Shown here: one piece after another, positions 35,512-44,684 of the stretch
How positions within the stretch are numbered: position 1 is the first letter of the stretch
Layout of the letters: every line of letters starts with the position of its first letter
Source of the DNA: Candidatus Kaiserbacteria bacterium
GTDB taxonomy: Bacteria; Patescibacteriota; Minisyncoccia; Phycocordibacterales; UBA2100
Direction: 5' to 3'
DNA: 64,000 nucleotides
NCBI GenBank assembly: GCA_016432285.1
Contig: CP066682.1
Span: 188,273 to 252,272 of the forward strand
Notes under the pieces: model-generated
Databases searched by the model: none
Told to the model about the DNA's origin: nothing
What the model saw: only the letters and a program-made list of their open reading frames with translations
Program-made: the position numbers and the translations under genes

Positions 35512-38358
35512 ATGCCTCCATCGACGATGGAGCGGCCGATCCGCCAGTTGGCGGAGCCGCAATCAGAAAAATTTAAGACGCCCGAAGACGAGCTCCGCTA
35601 TTTACGCGAGCGCGTGAAGGAGGCGGAAGCGCAGCTTGAGGCGGCACCTAACCGCTTTGAGAGCGATCGCATCGCCAAGCGCGAGGTAGCGGCGTACGCC
35701 GAGATACCGCAAGCCACGATTCTCCACGAGAGTTTTGTCATGCCGGAGCATGAGAGCGTGCGGCACAAGCTCCGCCTCGAGCCGGAGGCACACGACGTGC
35801 AGATGGACGAGCTTTTGAAGATTGTAACGGAGCGGGGGGTACGCAACGCACTTGCGGTCTGCGCCAAGATGCGCAATCCGCACCTTCAAGACGACTTCCA
35901 CCGGGTGATCACACGCTACATCGCCGAAGGTTTGCCGCAAAATGGCGCGCCGCCTCCCGAGAAAATCCGGCGCGCGCTCGACCTGGTGCTCTTTGCGGTC
36001 GACCCGCAGGCGCACGGCGAGCGCGACAAGCAAGACAACAGCCAACACCGCCTCGAGCAGGTGCTCGCCTCTTCTGAGCAGCTCTACGCCGGCCTCCTCT
36101 CGCTCATTTCGCCGCACGAGGGTTTCTCGCTGGAGATCGCGGTGCCCGAGGGCACCGAAGCGGCCGCACTCTTTTTAGCAGTACCGCGCTTTAAAAAGGA
36201 TCTTGCGGAGCGTCTGATCGCATCAGTCTTCCCCAACGCGCGCATTTCTGAGGAGCGCGGAGACTACAACATCTTCAACGTCGAGGGTGAGAGCGCGGCC
36301 GCGTATGCGACCCTCGCCGACCATCCGGCGTACCCGCTGAAAACACCCGACATGTTTGAGCACGATCCCATGAACGTCCTCCTCGCGGCCTTCGCGAAGA
36401 TCGCCAAGCACGGCGAGGGCGCCGCGCTCCAGATCCTCGTCTCGACCGAGGGTGACCGGTACAACCACCACTTCAAAAAGATGATCCGTCGCCTCGAAAA
36501 AGGCAAAACGCTGCACCGCGCGCTCGCCGTCCCGGAGAGCGCCATCGGCGAAATGCTCTACGATCTCTCGCATACGATGCTGAAGAGCAAAAAGCAGCTC
36601 GAAGACGAACAGCAGCGCCAGTTTCGACGCAACGCCGACAAGGTGGCGAGCGAGGAGATGGAGCGGAAGATCAAGAGCCGCATCGGGCCTACCATTATCC
36701 GCTTGGCAGCCTCGGCGAAAACGAAAGAGCGCGCCGAAGACATCCTCGGCAATCTCATTGCGCCCTTCAACCAGTACGACGACCCGAAGGGCAATCACCT
36801 CGTCTTTAAACACGTCTCGAAGTGGAGCCTCCAGTCGTTCCTGCGCGATTTTACCTTCCGCATTTTCGATCACTCGTACGCGATGCCGCTCTCGCTCTCG
36901 GAAATCACCTCGATCTTCCACTTCACCGCCGAGCGCGTGCACACTTCGCGCGAGCTGAAGCGCTCCTTCGCGAAGCAAGCCCCCGCTCCGGTGGAGATGC
37001 CGGGCGAGGGGATCACGCTCGGGGTCAACAGGTACGGCGCGGAGGAGCGCCCGGTCAAGTTCGGCACTATGGATCGCCTCCGCCACTGTTACGTGATCGG
37101 TCAGACCGGTACCGGTAAGACGGGACTTTTGAAAAACATGATCATTCAGGACATCAAAAACGGCGAGGGGGTGGCCTACGTCGACCCGCACGGCACTGAC
37201 ATCGAGGATATTCTCGCGGCGATCCCGCCGGAGCGCGTGAAGGATCTCATCTACTTCGATCCCGCCCACACGGAGCGCCCGATGGGTCTCAACATGCTGG
37301 AGTACGACCGTTCACGGCCCGAGATGAAGACCTTCGTCGTCGACGAAGTGTACGGCATTTTCCGCAAGCTCTATGCCGACGTGCCCGAAGCCTTCGGCCC
37401 GATGTTTGAGCAGTACTACCGCAACGCCGTCCAGCTCGTCGTCGAAGACCCGGATTCCGGCAGCACCTTCGTCGAGATTCCGCGTATTTTTGCGGACCCA
37501 ACATTCAGGAACCTGAAGCTCTCTCGCTGCCAGAATCCGATCATCGTGCAGTTTTGGAAAAAGATCGCACTTGAGGCGCAGGGTGATCCGTCGCTCGAAA
37601 ATGTCGCGCCCTACATCACTTCCAAATTCGACGTCTTCCTCACCAACGACATCATGCGCCCCGTGGTGGCGCAGGAAAAATCCGCCTTCGATTTCCGCAA
37701 AATAATGGACGAAAAGAAGATCTTTCTCGCCAACCTCTCAAAAGGGCGGCTCGGGGACCGGAACACCTCGCTCCTCGGCCTCATCCTCGTATCGAAGTTC
37801 CTCCAGGCCGCCTTTTCTCGCGTGGAGGCGCGCGGAGAATTTCCGGTCTTCTACCTCTACATCGACGAGTTCCAAAACTTCGCGACGCCCTCGATCGGCA
37901 CGATCCTTTCGGAAGCCCGCAAATACAAACTCTCGCTCGTGATCGCGCACCAGTTTATCGCGCAGCTCGACGAAAAGATTCGCGATGCGGTCGTCGGCAA
38001 CGTGGGCACCAAGGCAGCCTTTCGCGTGGGTACGACCGACGCAGAATTTCTCGCCAAGCAATTCGAGCCCGTGTTCGGACAGCAGGATCTCGAAAACCTC
38101 CCGAACCGCCATGCGGTACTCGCGCTTCTCGTGAACGGCGTGCCGGCGCGGCCCTTCTCGATCAGCACCGAAAACCTGCCAACCTTCGACTTCAGCAACG
38201 TGGAGACTTTGAAACAGCTTTCGTACGAGACTTTCGGGCGCGCTCGCGAGGAGGTGGAGGCGGAAATCCGCAAAAAGTTCGACGCGAGCTACGGCCAAAA
38301 AGCGCCCGCATCGGATCCGTTTGCGCCCCCCGACTTTGCCCCGCACCCATCCGTATAA
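35512..38358 (+). CDS. VirD4/TraG/HerA-like P-loop ATPase (type IV coupling protein-like)
   Basis: Walker A GQTGTGKT, YVDPHG, Walker B LYIDEFQNF, LSEARKY..SLVIAHQ. Confidence 0.88.
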   Translation: MPPSTMERPIRQLAEPQSEKFKTPEDELRYLRERVKEAEAQLEAAPNRFESDRIAKREVAAYAEIPQATILHESFVMPEHESVRHKLRLEPEAHDVQMDELLKIVTERGVRNALAVCAKMRNPHLQDDFHRVITRYIAEGLPQNGAPPPEKIRRALDLVLFAVDPQAHGERDKQDNSQHRLEQVLASSEQLYAGLLSLISPHEGFSLEIAVPEGTEAAALFLAVPRFKKDLAERLIASVFPNARISEERGDYNIFNVEGESAAAYATLADHPAYPLKTPDMFEHDPMNVLLAAFAKIAKHGEGAALQILVSTEGDRYNHHFKKMIRRLEKGKTLHRALAVPESAIGEMLYDLSHTMLKSKKQLEDEQQRQFRRNADKVASEEMERKIKSRIGPTIIRLAASAKTKERAEDILGNLIAPFNQYDDPKGNHLVFKHVSKWSLQSFLRDFTFRIFDHSYAMPLSLSEITSIFHFTAERVHTSRELKRSFAKQAPAPVEMPGEGITLGVNRYGAEERPVKFGTMDRLRHCYVIGQTGTGKTGLLKNMIIQDIKNGEGVAYVDPHGTDIEDILAAIPPERVKDLIYFDPAHTERPMGLNMLEYDRSRPEMKTFVVDEVYGIFRKLYADVPEAFGPMFEQYYRNAVQLVVEDPDSGSTFVEIPRIFADPTFRNLKLSRCQNPIIVQFWKKIALEAQGDPSLENVAPYITSKFDVFLTNDIMRPVVAQEKSAFDFRKIMDEKKIFLANLSKGRLGDRNTSLLGLILVSKFLQAAFSRVEARGEFPVFYLYIDEFQNFATPSIGTILSEARKYKLSLVIAHQFIAQLDEKIRDAVVGNVGTKAAFRVGTTDAEFLAKQFEPVFGQQDLENLPNRHAVLALLVNGVPARPFSISTENLPTFDFSNVETLKQLSYETFGRAREEVEAEIRKKFDASYGQKAPASDPFAPPDFAPHPSV

Positions 38359-38394
38359 TTTCCGCGCCGCGGAAAATATGGTAGTCTCCTTTCC

Positions 38395-38997
38395 ATGCAA
38401 CACCCCAAAGAAGAGCGAACGCTCGTAATCGTCAAGCCTGACGGCGTGCAGCGCGGCCTCATTGGAGAGCTGATAAAGCGGTATGAGCGCACCGGCCTGA
38501 AGCTCGTGGGGATCCGCTTCGGGATCGCCGACGAAAAGAAGCTCTGGGAGCACTACAACAAGACCGACGAGTGGTTCCTCAAAAAGGGAGCGAAGATCGC
38601 GGAGGACAAAAAAGCCAACGGGCTTCCGGTCCAGAAAGAGCCGATCGAATACGGCAAGGACATCATCCGCCAGCTCGTGCATTTTATGACAAGCGGCCCC
38701 GTTCTTTTTTTGGTGTGGGAAGGCAACCAGGCGGCGGCGGTCGTGCGAAAGATCACCGGCGACACCGAACCTGCAACCTCCGACGTGGGGACCATTCGCG
38801 GGGATTTGACGCTCGATTCGTACACCATCGCAGCGGTCGACGATCGCGCCGTCCGCAACCTCATCCACTGTTCGGAAGACGCGGCGGACGCGAAGCGGGA
38901 GGTCGCGCTCTGGTTTGACGAGAAAGATCTCATCGACTACCGTCTCTTCAGCGAGGAAATACTCTACGAAATCGATCTTCGCAAGATACTGAACTAG
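38395..38997 (+). CDS. ndk: nucleoside diphosphate kinase
   Basis: ERTLVIVKPDGVQRGLIGE, GTIRGD, NLIHCSE. Confidence 0.96.
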   Translation: MQHPKEERTLVIVKPDGVQRGLIGELIKRYERTGLKLVGIRFGIADEKKLWEHYNKTDEWFLKKGAKIAEDKKANGLPVQKEPIEYGKDIIRQLVHFMTSGPVLFLVWEGNQAAAVVRKITGDTEPATSDVGTIRGDLTLDSYTIAAVDDRAVRNLIHCSEDAADAKREVALWFDEKDLIDYRLFSEEILYEIDLRKILN

Positions 38998-39050
38998 CAA
39001 GTCGCCGCACCCTTCATAGAGACTTCCGGCAGGCTGGTGCTATACTTTCG

Positions 39051-39176
39051 GTAGCGGCTGGTACTTAAACCTGCTTGGTTCAAGTAAGGGATTCTCATAT
39101 CGCTTCGCGCCTTGGCGCGAATGCTGCGGAAACCCACCTGGTCTCCAAAGCCCAGGCTTGCCGTACCTGCCGCAAC
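39051..39176 (+). ncRNA. structured rod-like ncRNA, 6S RNA-like candidate
   Basis: TGcTATACT promoter 39038-39046; GCGGC-GGTAC pairs with GTACC-GCCGC; internal stems CCTG/CAGG, GCTTGG/CCAAAGC, GGGATTC/GAAACCC, TTCGCGCC/GGCGCGAA; terminator follows. Confidence 0.6.
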
Positions 39177-39206
39177 AAAAAATCCACTGTACACAGTGGA
39201 TTTTTT
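39177..39206 (+). terminator. intrinsic terminator
   Basis: AAAAAATCCACTGT-AC-ACAGTGGATTTTTT. Confidence 0.8.
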
Positions 39207-39254
39207 GTTTTTAAGACGCACGATTCTCAACGTTCTTGGTGGTACAATCCCACG

Positions 39255-39632
39255 ATGTCGGCGCGCGCACTTCTCTTTTCGCAGTTTTTGGCGCTCCTGG
39301 CGCTCTCGCTTATCCATATTTTCGGCCTCACCTACTATTGGTACTGGATCTGGCGCTGGCTCGACATCGTTACCCACCTCCTTGGGGGATTGTGGGCGGG
39401 CTTTTTTGTGCTGTGGCTCGCAACACTGCTCGGGAAGCGCGTCTCGCTCATACAAGCGGTCATCATCGGGTTTCTCATTGGAATTGTGTGGGAGATATTC
39501 GAGAACTCCATCGGCGCGCTCGACCTGCGGGCTGAGTGGCTCGACACGCTCAAGGATCTTTCCATGGACGTGGTCGGTGCCTGCATCGCGTGGTTTGTAT
39601 CCCGCGCGCTCTCGAATCGCGCCGAAAAGTGA
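39255..39632 (+). CDS. 4-TM membrane protein (DUF2238/VanZ-like)
   Basis: LDIVTHLLGG, WEIFE, DTLKDL motifs; TACAAT 6 nt upstream. Confidence 0.7.
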   Translation: MSARALLFSQFLALLALSLIHIFGLTYYWYWIWRWLDIVTHLLGGLWAGFFVLWLATLLGKRVSLIQAVIIGFLIGIVWEIFENSIGALDLRAEWLDTLKDLSMDVVGACIAWFVSRALSNRAEK

Positions 39633-39649
39633 TGCTATACTGAATCGCA

Positions 39650-40336
39650 ATGTCCGCGCGCAAGATTATCGATCCGAACCACATGGCGGTTCCGCGCAAT
39701 TTCTGCCGCCTGCCGCAAAGTTACGGCGTGGTCAAAATCTGCGTATCCGGAGCCGCCGACACGGGGTATTGCGGGCTCGATGCGTTTGAAAAGGCAAAAG
39801 AGGTGGGCCGCGAGATCGCGCGACAGGGCGCGATCATCACGACCGGCGCTACCACCGGCTTTCCGCTCTACGCAGCCATGGGCGCCAAGGACGAATGCGG
39901 ATTTTCGATCGGTTTTTCTCCCGCCGCTACGGAGCGCGAGCACGTCGAGGTCTACAAGCTGCCGCTCGAATATATGGACGTGATTTTGTATACCGGTTTC
40001 GGCTATTCGGGTCGCGATTTGCTGCTGGTGCGCTCGTCGGACGCCGTCATCATCGGATGCGGCCGCATCGGCACCCTCAATGAGTTTTCCGTCGCCTTTG
40101 AAGACCACCGCCCCATCGGAGTGCTTGAGGGCACGTGGGAGACCGACGAGATCATTCGCCGCGTCATCGAATCGGCGCATCGCCCCAACAGCAAGATCAT
40201 CTACGACTCCGACCCGAAGGCGATGGTAGAGCGGCTCATCGAGCTTGCCATGAAAGACAAGGAGAATGCGAATCTCGTCTTCAACAACCCCGAAAAGTGG
40301 GACGCCGCCGGCAAGAACGCCGAGTACATTCTCTAA
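39650..40336 (+). CDS. LOG/SLOG family Rossmann-fold nucleotide-binding protein
   Basis: TGATTGFP, YTGFGYSGRD, GRIGTLNEF. Confidence 0.8.
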   Translation: MSARKIIDPNHMAVPRNFCRLPQSYGVVKICVSGAADTGYCGLDAFEKAKEVGREIARQGAIITTGATTGFPLYAAMGAKDECGFSIGFSPAATEREHVEVYKLPLEYMDVILYTGFGYSGRDLLLVRSSDAVIIGCGRIGTLNEFSVAFEDHRPIGVLEGTWETDEIIRRVIESAHRPNSKIIYDSDPKAMVERLIELAMKDKENANLVFNNPEKWDAAGKNAEYIL

Positions 40337-40890
40337 AAGTCGTACACGTACAAAATGTGCTGATTGTGGCCCCCTTCCCGCATGTGGAGCCGCACGCCGG
40401 AAACAGGCTCCCGCTCCTTGAAGCTGAAGGCACGCGAGACGAGTCGTCCCCGAAAGTCGCGTGCGAGCAGCGGTTCCAACCGGGCGAGATTTGAAGCGAG
40501 AAGATACGCATATATTTTTGTCGCACCCGAAAAGTCCGATGCAAAGAGATCGCCGCGCTGAAAACGCATATTGCGAGGGTTGCCCGCGAGCAGCTTTCTC
40601 AAAAGCGCAATGAGGTGCAGGGTGCGGCTTTGCTCGATACCGACGAATCGTGCCCCTGGCAAAAGCTTCGCACAGCGAAGCAGGAGGCGCCCGTCGCCGC
40701 TTCCGAGGTCGTACACCACATCGCCGTCCGTAGCTTCGAGCGCATGCAAAACCGCCTGTGCAAAGGCGGGCGGGGTCGGCACAAAGGGCGCGTCGCTCGC
40801 GGCCGAGGCTGCGAATTTCACCGCACGGAGCAGAAAAAAGAAAAGCGCTGCAAGCAGCGCGATCTGGAGGAGAATGACGAAGGCAAGCAT
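40333..40890 (-). CDS. class I SAM-dependent methyltransferase with N-terminal TM
   Basis: APFVPT, VYDLGSGDGRLL, GIE, GDLF. Confidence 0.85.
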   Translation of the reverse strand: MLAFVILLQIALLAALFFFLLRAVKFAASAASDAPFVPTPPAFAQAVLHALEATDGDVVYDLGSGDGRLLLRCAKLLPGARFVGIEQSRTLHLIALLRKLLAGNPRNMRFQRGDLFASDFSGATKIYAYLLASNLARLEPLLARDFRGRLVSRAFSFKEREPVSGVRLHMREGGHNQHILYVYDF

Positions 40891-40912
40891 CGCCTCACTC
40901 TAGCATCTGCTT

Positions 40913-41260
40913 CTACTGTGAGAGCTGCTTGAGAACGCGTTCGAACACCTGCGGGTGATCCTTTGCGAGCGCGGAGAGCGATTTGCGATCGAGGGCGATC
41001 TTGCTCCGCTTGAGGGCCCCGATCAGCTTCGAGTACGAAAAGCCCAAGGGGCGGGCCGCAGCGTTGATGCGAAGCGACCAGAGGTTGCGGAATTCGCGCT
41101 TTTTGGTGCGGCGATGGCGGAAGGCGTAGTTGCCGGCGTGAAAAATCGCTTCGCGCGCCACACGCTCCTTACTCTTGCGGTCGAAGCGGTAGCCCTTGGT
41201 CTGCGCAAGAATGTTCTTGCGACGCTTCGTTTTTTGTACTCCTCGTTTGACGCGTGCCAT
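40913..41260 (-). CDS. rplT: 50S ribosomal protein L20
   Basis: MARVKRG, KKREFRNLWSLRINAA, LDRKSLS. Confidence 0.98.
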   Translation of the reverse strand: MARVKRGVQKTKRRKNILAQTKGYRFDRKSKERVAREAIFHAGNYAFRHRRTKKREFRNLWSLRINAAARPLGFSYSKLIGALKRSKIALDRKSLSALAKDHPQVFERVLKQLSQ

Positions 41261-41266
41261 ACGATG

Positions 41267-41455
41267 TTAGCGAGGGAGGAAGCGGCTCTTTGCCGTGTTG
41301 TCGAGCGCTGCGTGGAAGGCAGTCGCGCGGCGGCGGCGGATGCGGCCGGTGCCGGATTCCTTGGCGTTGAAATGGTTGTGCCCGGGCACGCGTGCGACGA
41401 TCTTACCCTTGCGGGTTACCCGGAGTCGCTTCGAGTAGGATTTGTTGGTCTTCAT
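41267..41455 (-). CDS. rpmI: 50S ribosomal protein L35
   Basis: MKTNKSYSKRLRVTRKGK; between infC and rplT. Confidence 0.93.
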   Translation of the reverse strand: MKTNKSYSKRLRVTRKGKIVARVPGHNHFNAKESGTGRIRRRRATAFHAALDNTAKSRFLPR

Positions 41456-41514
41456 AGAAAGACTGCGGCACAGCCGCAGTTCTGGCAGTATGCCGGAAAA
41501 AAGGGAAAACGCAA

Positions 41515-42126
41515 CTACCCCTCTTTCTTTTGCGGAGGCGTCTCCGAAGCCACCGCGACTACCCTCGCCACCGCGTTGCGCTTCTGGGGATCACGCTCCA
41601 GGGTCACCGCGAGCCCTTTCGGGCTCTTCTGGACCGGCTCGGCGATCTTGTAGTGTTCGGGGATGATGGCGAGGAATCGCTCGAGACGCTCCTTGAGGAA
41701 GTTGAACTCCATGTATTTGTAGCGGCCCCACAAAAAGAGGTCGACCTTCACGCGGTGTCCCTCTTTGAGCCACTCGGCTGCCTTCGAGGCCTTGATGTGC
41801 ATGTCGCGCTCCGACGTGCCGATCTTCACCTGCGTGACTTTCGTTTCGGTGATGTGCGCTTTCGCCTTCACCTCCTTCTCCTTCTTTTTCTGCTCGTACT
41901 TAAACTTGCCGTAGTCGGTGATTTTGCACACTGGCGGTTGCGCGTTGGGGGAGATCTCGATGAGATCGAGTCCGGCTTCCTGCGCCCGCGCGATTGCCTC
42001 TTTGAGCGGAAGCACGCCGACGTTTTGGCCTTCGGGCCCGATGACGCGAACTTCAGAGGCGCGGATACCCTCGTTCATGCGAACGCGCTCCTTCTCCGCT
42101 TGCGAGGTGTATTTGGTAAAACCCAT
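41515..42126 (-). CDS. infC: translation initiation factor IF-3
   Basis: NEGIRASEVRVI, LDLIEISPNAQPPVCKITDYGKFKYEQKKK; start uncertain. Confidence 0.96.
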   Translation of the reverse strand: MGFTKYTSQAEKERVRMNEGIRASEVRVIGPEGQNVGVLPLKEAIARAQEAGLDLIEISPNAQPPVCKITDYGKFKYEQKKKEKEVKAKAHITETKVTQVKIGTSERDMHIKASKAAEWLKEGHRVKVDLFLWGRYKYMEFNFLKERLERFLAIIPEHYKIAEPVQKSPKGLAVTLERDPQKRNAVARVVAVASETPPQKKEG

Positions 42127-42193
42127 TTGTCGAAAGACTATAGCACGCAAGGCGCGAGCGCGACAATTCTACAAAAGCACGCGTCTTTGCAGC

Positions 42194-43573
42194 CTATTCG
42201 TAGATCTCCTCGTCATCGTACGGCGGCGGACTCCTGAAGCTGAAGGGCTTCAGATAGTTGAGAATACCGAGCACGGTGCCTTTTAAATCGTTGAGCACTT
42301 TCAAGAGGTTGGATTGCGGCTCCGTGGTGCCCGTACCCGCGTTGCCCCTGAAGTCGTCGGAGATAAATGTCTCCTGCGAGGTAGGCACGAGCGTGCCCGC
42401 GTTTGTACCTCCCTGCGAGACTTGTTGCTGCTGCGAGGCTTGGAGCCGCGCCGCATCCTCTGCACTCACCACAATGATGGGCGGGGCAATCTCCGGTTGC
42501 TGCTGGTTCGCGTTGGGGCCCGCGATCGAATTGATCTGATCGATCGCTGACACTTTTGTCGTGCTCGTGCTGCTCGTCCCTTTCGGCGCGTTCTTCAGTG
42601 CTTCCGCGAGTAAGTCGGATGTGGGCGAAGGATTGCATTCCGTGCCCGTGCAGCCGTTGGGGCAGCTCTGGTAGAGCTGATCGACGCAGGTGCTCGTGCG
42701 GTAGTAGCGATCCGACCCGAGGCAGCGAAACGCGGGCGCGCAGACCCCCTGCTGGTACGCAGTGGAATTGACTGCACTCGCGGGGGGAGGGGCCGACCCT
42801 ACTGGTGCGGCGCCGCCACTCGGAGCTCCTCCACCACCTCCGCCGCCCGGCGGCGCACTTCCGCTGTTTTGGATCGCATTACAAGGGACTCGCAAACCGT
42901 CGGGAAGCGTGCACATCTGCTGCGATTGGTCGCCTTTTCCGAGGAGTCCTTCTCGGAGCGCTCCGGAGATGCCCGAAGAGGGGGAGAGGCTCAAGCCTGG
43001 CGCCGCGCCTCCTGAAGCAATTTCGCCCGCGACGGCACCGGATGGCTCGATGTGCCATGGCTCGTTGCCCAAGCGGAATGTCAGTCCGACTCGTGCGGCC
43101 GCCTGCTGGGGAATGCCATCGTCAGGCATATTACAGAGATCGGCCGCGAGCCCCTTATTGTGATTGGAGCCGCCTGGAGGCGCCACCCATTTTCGCGCTA
43201 TCTCCGCGCTTCCATATTTTGCAAGCGCTCGCTGCCAAAGCACCGCTTGTGTCGCGTTGGATCGGTAGGCGCTGTTGATACAGACACTCGGGTACGCGGC
43301 AAGCAATTTGGCGAGGCGGCACCCGAAGTCGCCATTCAGTTTGTTGATACCATCGGCGCCCTCGACCGCGCTTTTGGGGCCGGGCGTGTAGCGCGAGCGG
43401 AGCAATGGATACGGATTGCTTTCGCAGCCGCCGGTTACCTTTTTCAGATCCTCCGCATTCAGGATGTCGGCGTTGCCCTCAATGAGCGCGGCAAACGACG
43501 GCAGCGCGAGCGAAAGCGCGATAAGCGGCACGAGGAGAGCGATCAGTGCGTGGGATTTTTTGCGACTCGGCAT
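42194..43573 (-). CDS. secreted M15B (VanY-like D,D-carboxypeptidase) domain protein with Cys-rich and low-complexity C-terminus
   Basis: SAYRS..TQ, APPGGSNHNKGLAAD, EPWH. Confidence 0.85.
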   Translation of the reverse strand: MPSRKKSHALIALLVPLIALSLALPSFAALIEGNADILNAEDLKKVTGGCESNPYPLLRSRYTPGPKSAVEGADGINKLNGDFGCRLAKLLAAYPSVCINSAYRSNATQAVLWQRALAKYGSAEIARKWVAPPGGSNHNKGLAADLCNMPDDGIPQQAAARVGLTFRLGNEPWHIEPSGAVAGEIASGGAAPGLSLSPSSGISGALREGLLGKGDQSQQMCTLPDGLRVPCNAIQNSGSAPPGGGGGGGAPSGGAAPVGSAPPPASAVNSTAYQQGVCAPAFRCLGSDRYYRTSTCVDQLYQSCPNGCTGTECNPSPTSDLLAEALKNAPKGTSSTSTTKVSAIDQINSIAGPNANQQQPEIAPPIIVVSAEDAARLQASQQQQVSQGGTNAGTLVPTSQETFISDDFRGNAGTGTTEPQSNLLKVLNDLKGTVLGILNYLKPFSFRSPPPYDDEEIYE

Positions 43574-43580
43574 ATTGTAG

Positions 43581-44195
43581 CTACGCACCCCCGCACGCGG
43601 TCCACATGCCGCGCTTCAACTCTCTCGCCGCCGCCTCTGCGGACTTGAAATCGTCTTGATACTTGTAGGCAATTCCTTTGAATGTGTACTCGCGTCCGTA
43701 TCCTCCGGAGATGAGGTACTCGTTGACGAGTACGCCGTCCGGATTCGCGCTCGTCGGCACATACACATACGCGAGGAGGCGGCCGTACGAGTCGTAGAGG
43801 TTTTGCGTCGGGTCGGTTTCGATCCGCACCGACGAGCCGCCAAGGAGCTTTTGCGCTTCGTCGGTAGCCTCCTTTGCAAAGCACTCGCGCGGCTCGGCCA
43901 TTTCTGGGGTGTCGACGCCGATGAGACGGATGGAAACCGTCTTGTCTCCGTTTCTGATCGAAAGCGTATCGCCGTCGGTTACTTTCGCGACCGGATACCA
44001 TTGGTACGCCGGGACGTAGACTTGCTTTTCGGCTTTCTTCACGTTACCCGGTGCCTCGCCGACCATCTCTTGCGTTGGCTGTCCTGAACCGGATTTGATT
44101 TTGAGCGTGGCTGAGACCGCCTGGTATCCGAAGAGAACGATGACGCCGACGCCGATCACCGAGGTAACGAGCGTGGCGATCTGCTTGGCGCGCAT
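43581..44195 (-). CDS. thermonuclease (SNase) family protein, membrane-anchored
   Basis: VTDGDT, IRLIGVDTPE, DSYGRLLAYV, RGMW. Confidence 0.92.
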   Translation of the reverse strand: MRAKQIATLVTSVIGVGVIVLFGYQAVSATLKIKSGSGQPTQEMVGEAPGNVKKAEKQVYVPAYQWYPVAKVTDGDTLSIRNGDKTVSIRLIGVDTPEMAEPRECFAKEATDEAQKLLGGSSVRIETDPTQNLYDSYGRLLAYVYVPTSANPDGVLVNEYLISGGYGREYTFKGIAYKYQDDFKSAEAAARELKRGMWTACGGA

Positions 44196-44236
44196 CGCTC
44201 CATTGTAGCGCAGGGTTTTCGGGGTAGTATGGCCCC

Positions 44237-44662
44237 ATGGTGGAAGTTGTGCGTTTGGAAAGAGCCGACCAGAAGGCGCTCGCGGAGGTGAATGCGGTGT
44301 TGGCGCAGCTCGATGAAAACAAAGTGGCGACTCTCGAATCCCTCCAAGCTCTCGTTAAAAGTCCTGATGCCGAGCTGTGGACCGCGCAGGTGGACGGAGC
44401 AATCGTGGGTATAACGACCCTCTGTTTTTCCCGGCGACTCACCGGCCTTTCGGCGCGTATCGAAGATGTGGTGGTGAGCGAATCGCAGCGTGGTAAAGGA
44501 CTCGGGAAAGCCCTCTGCCAGGCCGTAATCGAAAGCGCGCGCGCGAAGGGCGCGCGCTGGGTCAACCTCACAAGCCGGCCGGAGCGGGTGGCGGCAAATC
44601 AGATGTATCAGAAACTCGGTTTTGAAAAAAAAGAGACAAATGCGTATCGGATGAAACTCTAA
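44237..44662 (+). CDS. GNAT family acetyltransferase
   Basis: IEDVVV..SQRGKGLG, LTSRPERVAANQMYQKLGF. Confidence 0.9.
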   Translation: MVEVVRLERADQKALAEVNAVLAQLDENKVATLESLQALVKSPDAELWTAQVDGAIVGITTLCFSRRLTGLSARIEDVVVSESQRGKGLGKALCQAVIESARAKGARWVNLTSRPERVAANQMYQKLGFEKKETNAYRMKL

Positions 44663-44684
44663 AACGAAGGGCTGCTATCCCTCT

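Noticed and set aside
35512-38358. Conjugative element
   Set aside because: Lone VirD4/HerA-like ATPase among housekeeping genes, with no relaxase or mating-pair genes in the window
39120-39150. SRP (4.5S) RNA on the minus strand (CCAGGUGGGUUUCCGCAGC)
   Set aside because: No GNRA loop or AGCAG motif, and the promoter points to the plus strand
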